Made by a program: the position numbers and the translations under genes. A stretch of 46,422 nucleotides of DNA, taken from an uncultured Clostridia bacterium. Its GTDB lineage: Bacteria; Bacillota; Clostridia; Lachnospirales; CAG-274. A model generated the notes under the pieces. It saw nothing but the letters and a program-made list of their open reading frames with translations, did not search any database and had not been told where the DNA came from. Of the stretch, positions 44,999-46,422 are shown one piece after another; position 1 is the stretch's first letter, and the number at the start of each line of letters is the position of its first letter. The stretch covers positions 1 through 46,422 of the forward strand of contig CALWRD010000120.1 in the NCBI GenBank assembly GCA_944383875.1. Reading direction: 5' to 3'.

Positions 44999-45099
44999 TT
45001 ATCCACAAAATTATCCACAGTGCCGCAACAATGCTTATTTACTGATAAAAAAATTTTTTACCTGCTTTTATCCACATATTAACACACATTTTATCCACA
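44999..45099 (+). promoter_or_regulatory. Cluster of four perfect DnaA boxes (TTATCCACA), all in the same orientation
   Basis: Exact 9-mers at 44999-45007, 45011-45019, 45068-45076 and 45091-45099, in the nrdD / DUF3794 divergent intergenic region. Confidence 0.6.
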
Positions 45100-45201
45100 C
45101 ATTACAAAAATTATATAGGCATTTTTTTGTGCATATTCCCATTGCCTATCCAATATAATCTATTGTAGAGGATTGTATTCGGTTTAAAGGAGGATATTAA
45201 T

Positions 45202-46422
45202 ATGGCAGTTAATAAGGATAATATTATTTTTGACAGGAGGGTTGGCAGTGCAGCATCTCAAGTTGTGTCGGAAGGTGAAATAACGGCCTTTGAGGGTAAG
45301 CCTGAGGTGGAAAATCTGCTCAGGACAGACGGAAGCTTTACTATGGAAGATATTCAGTGTTCAAATAACAGAGTAAGCTTTAGCGGCGTACTGTATATTA
45401 ACGGTATGTATCTTTCCGGAGGAGAAATTAAGGGAGTTCACTGCTTTTCAACCGAGCTGCCCATTAGCGATTACATAAATGTTGACGGAGCGGCTGAGGG
45501 AATGTATACATATTTTACATCTAATGTAAGCAGTCTTACCTGCCGGGTTATAAACGGACACAAGCTTACTTACAGGGCAGTTATAGATGTTGAGGTAACT
45601 GTATATGAAACGGCTCAGTGCCGATATGTGTGTTCGGTTGATGATATACCTGTAAATCAGCAGCGTTTTAACCGGATAAGCGTGGAGTGTGTGCCTGTAC
45701 GTGTACATGACAGCATCACCTTAAGGGAAAGCCTTAATTTGCCTATGGGTAAGCCTAATGTTGAAGAGATAATCTGTCGTGATGTCAGGTTGAGCTCAAT
45801 GGATAGCAAGACCGGTGAAAACAGTGTAAGGCTTTCGGGGGATTTAAATGTATCAATACTGTATAAAGGCGAGGGTGAGAGTAACCCAATGGAACTTTTT
45901 GAGGAGAGTATTCCTTTTAAAGGTGAGTTGGAGGCGAAGGGGCTGACGCCGGATATGCTCTGCGACGTAAAGGAACAGCTTAAGGCGGTCAGCGTCAATG
46001 TGCAGCCTGATGAAGACGGAGAAATGCGAATGCTTGATGTGGATGCGGTGATAGAGGCGGACATAATCGGGAGGCAGACAAGGGAAATAGATGTGCTGGA
46101 GGATATGTATGTGCTCAATAAGTCTGTTAAGTTTGACTTTGAGGAAATGTGCGGATGCGTGTGTGCGGCGAGAAACACGGGGCAGTGCTCGGTAAAAAAT
46201 GTGGTCACCCTTGATGAGAAGGCACCGAATATGCTCCAAATATATAAGGCTGACGGAAAGACTTACGTGGATTATGTGCAGATTAATGACGGGAGCATTG
46301 ATATTGAAGGTGCGGTCGGAGTTAATATCATATATGTAACGGGCAACGATGAGATACCGGTATATTGTTTCAGCAGTATGCTGCCATTTAAGCACAGTGC
46401 ACAGGCGGCAGGTGCCGGAGAG
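45202..46422 (+). CDS. DUF3794-domain protein (SipL/SafA-like sporulation protein candidate), 3' end outside window
   Basis: Absent from the ORF track because no stop is reached. ATG 45202 follows AAAGGAGG. I translated all 407 codons to the window end without a stop (MAVNKDNIIFDRRVGSAASQVVSEGEITAFEGKPEVENLLRTDGSF...). The repetitive beta-rich pattern resembles DUF3794 (from memory). Confidence 0.75.
   Translation, partial: MAVNKDNIIFDRRVGSAASQVVSEGEITAFEGKPEVENLLRTDGSFTMEDIQCSNNRVSFSGVLYINGMYLSGGEIKGVHCFSTELPISDYINVDGAAEGMYTYFTSNVSSLTCRVINGHKLTYRAVIDVEVTVYETAQCRYVCSVDDIPVNQQRFNRISVECVPVRVHDSITLRESLNLPMGKPNVEEIICRDVRLSSMDSKTGENSVRLSGDLNVSILYKGEGESNPMELFEESIPFKGELEAKGLTPDMLCDVKEQLKAVSVNVQPDEDGEMRMLDVDAVIEADIIGRQTREIDVLEDMYVLNKSVKFDFEEMCGCVCAARNTGQCSVKNVVTLDEKAPNMLQIYKADGKTYVDYVQINDGSIDIEGAVGVNIIYVTGNDEIPVYCFSSMLPFKHSAQAAGAGE

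Noticed and set aside
44999-45099. DnaA-box cluster as the chromosomal origin oriC
   Set aside because: There is no dnaA, dnaN, rpmH or other origin-linked gene nearby. All boxes share one orientation and I see no clear 13-mer-type unwinding repeats. I kept it as a regulatory or titration-site finding, but I cannot exclude an origin-related role without GC-skew data.
45448-46395. Three minus-strand ORFs (45448-45708, 45657-46208, 45853-46395)
   Set aside because: They are antisense to the 407-codon open plus-strand frame, which has a strong RBS. Their composition is low-complexity and Ser/Leu/Ile-rich.
1-46422. rRNA, tRNA, transposase/integrase, phage or CRISPR-Cas content
   Set aside because: I looked through all intergenic regions above about 60 nt and all tracked ORFs. 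None shows tRNA cloverleaf-like sequences, rRNA segments, or DDE or tyrosine-recombinase motifs.

Overview
The window comes from a Firmicutes/Clostridia chromosome. This rests on gene order, strong AGGAGG ribosome-binding sites and frequent GTG/TTG starts. A dockerin-bearing protein hints at a Ruminococcus-like cellulosome or amylosome producer, but that is inference only.

Layout:
- 1-15.8 kb (+): a nearly complete S10-spc-alpha ribosomal-protein cluster, rplC through rplQ. It includes secY, adk, map, a KOW protein, infA, rpmJ and rpoA. L30 and L36 are real genes missing from the ORF track. The cluster has two unusual non-coding inserts: a 473-nt tandem-repeat block between rplW and rplB, and a 245-nt nested-helix spacer before rpsM.
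- 15.8-16.4 kb: terminator followed by a dense hairpin cluster.
- 16.4-24.4 kb (+): a membrane-anchored hypothetical protein, a 629-aa orphan P-loop protein, and a five-gene Liv-type branched-chain amino acid ABC transporter whose leader carries an Ile/Leu-rich mini-ORF.
- 24.5-26.7 kb (-): an operon of a DUF362-like lipoprotein, an ECF S-component and a uridine/nicotinamide-riboside-kinase-like P-loop kinase.
- 26.9-29.5 kb: a PNPOx-family gene (+), then murA and an MBL hydrolase (-).
- 29.8-32.3 kb (-): a cobalamin riboswitch drives two secreted transcobalamin-like (DUF4430) proteins. One carries a dockerin. The other has an alpha/alpha-toroid plus DUF4430 layout like intrinsic factor. No transporter is adjacent. 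This is my top candidate for an undescribed system: surface or scaffoldin-tethered corrinoid capture.
- 32.5-40.5 kb (+): relA-dtd-MBL-hemZ-hisS-aspS.
- 40.6-41.6 kb: an AT-rich islet with a frameshifted hicA and an intact hicB.
- 41.6-44.8 kb (-): nrdD-nrdG-dut, with two NrdR boxes and, just upstream, four perfect same-strand DnaA boxes.
- 45.2 kb to the window end (+): a DUF3794/SipL-like CDS that runs off the window.

I saw no rRNA, tRNA, CRISPR array, transposase or integrase. Coordinates of hairpins and motifs were counted by eye and may be off by 1-2 nt. All family names are from memory of motifs, not from searches.
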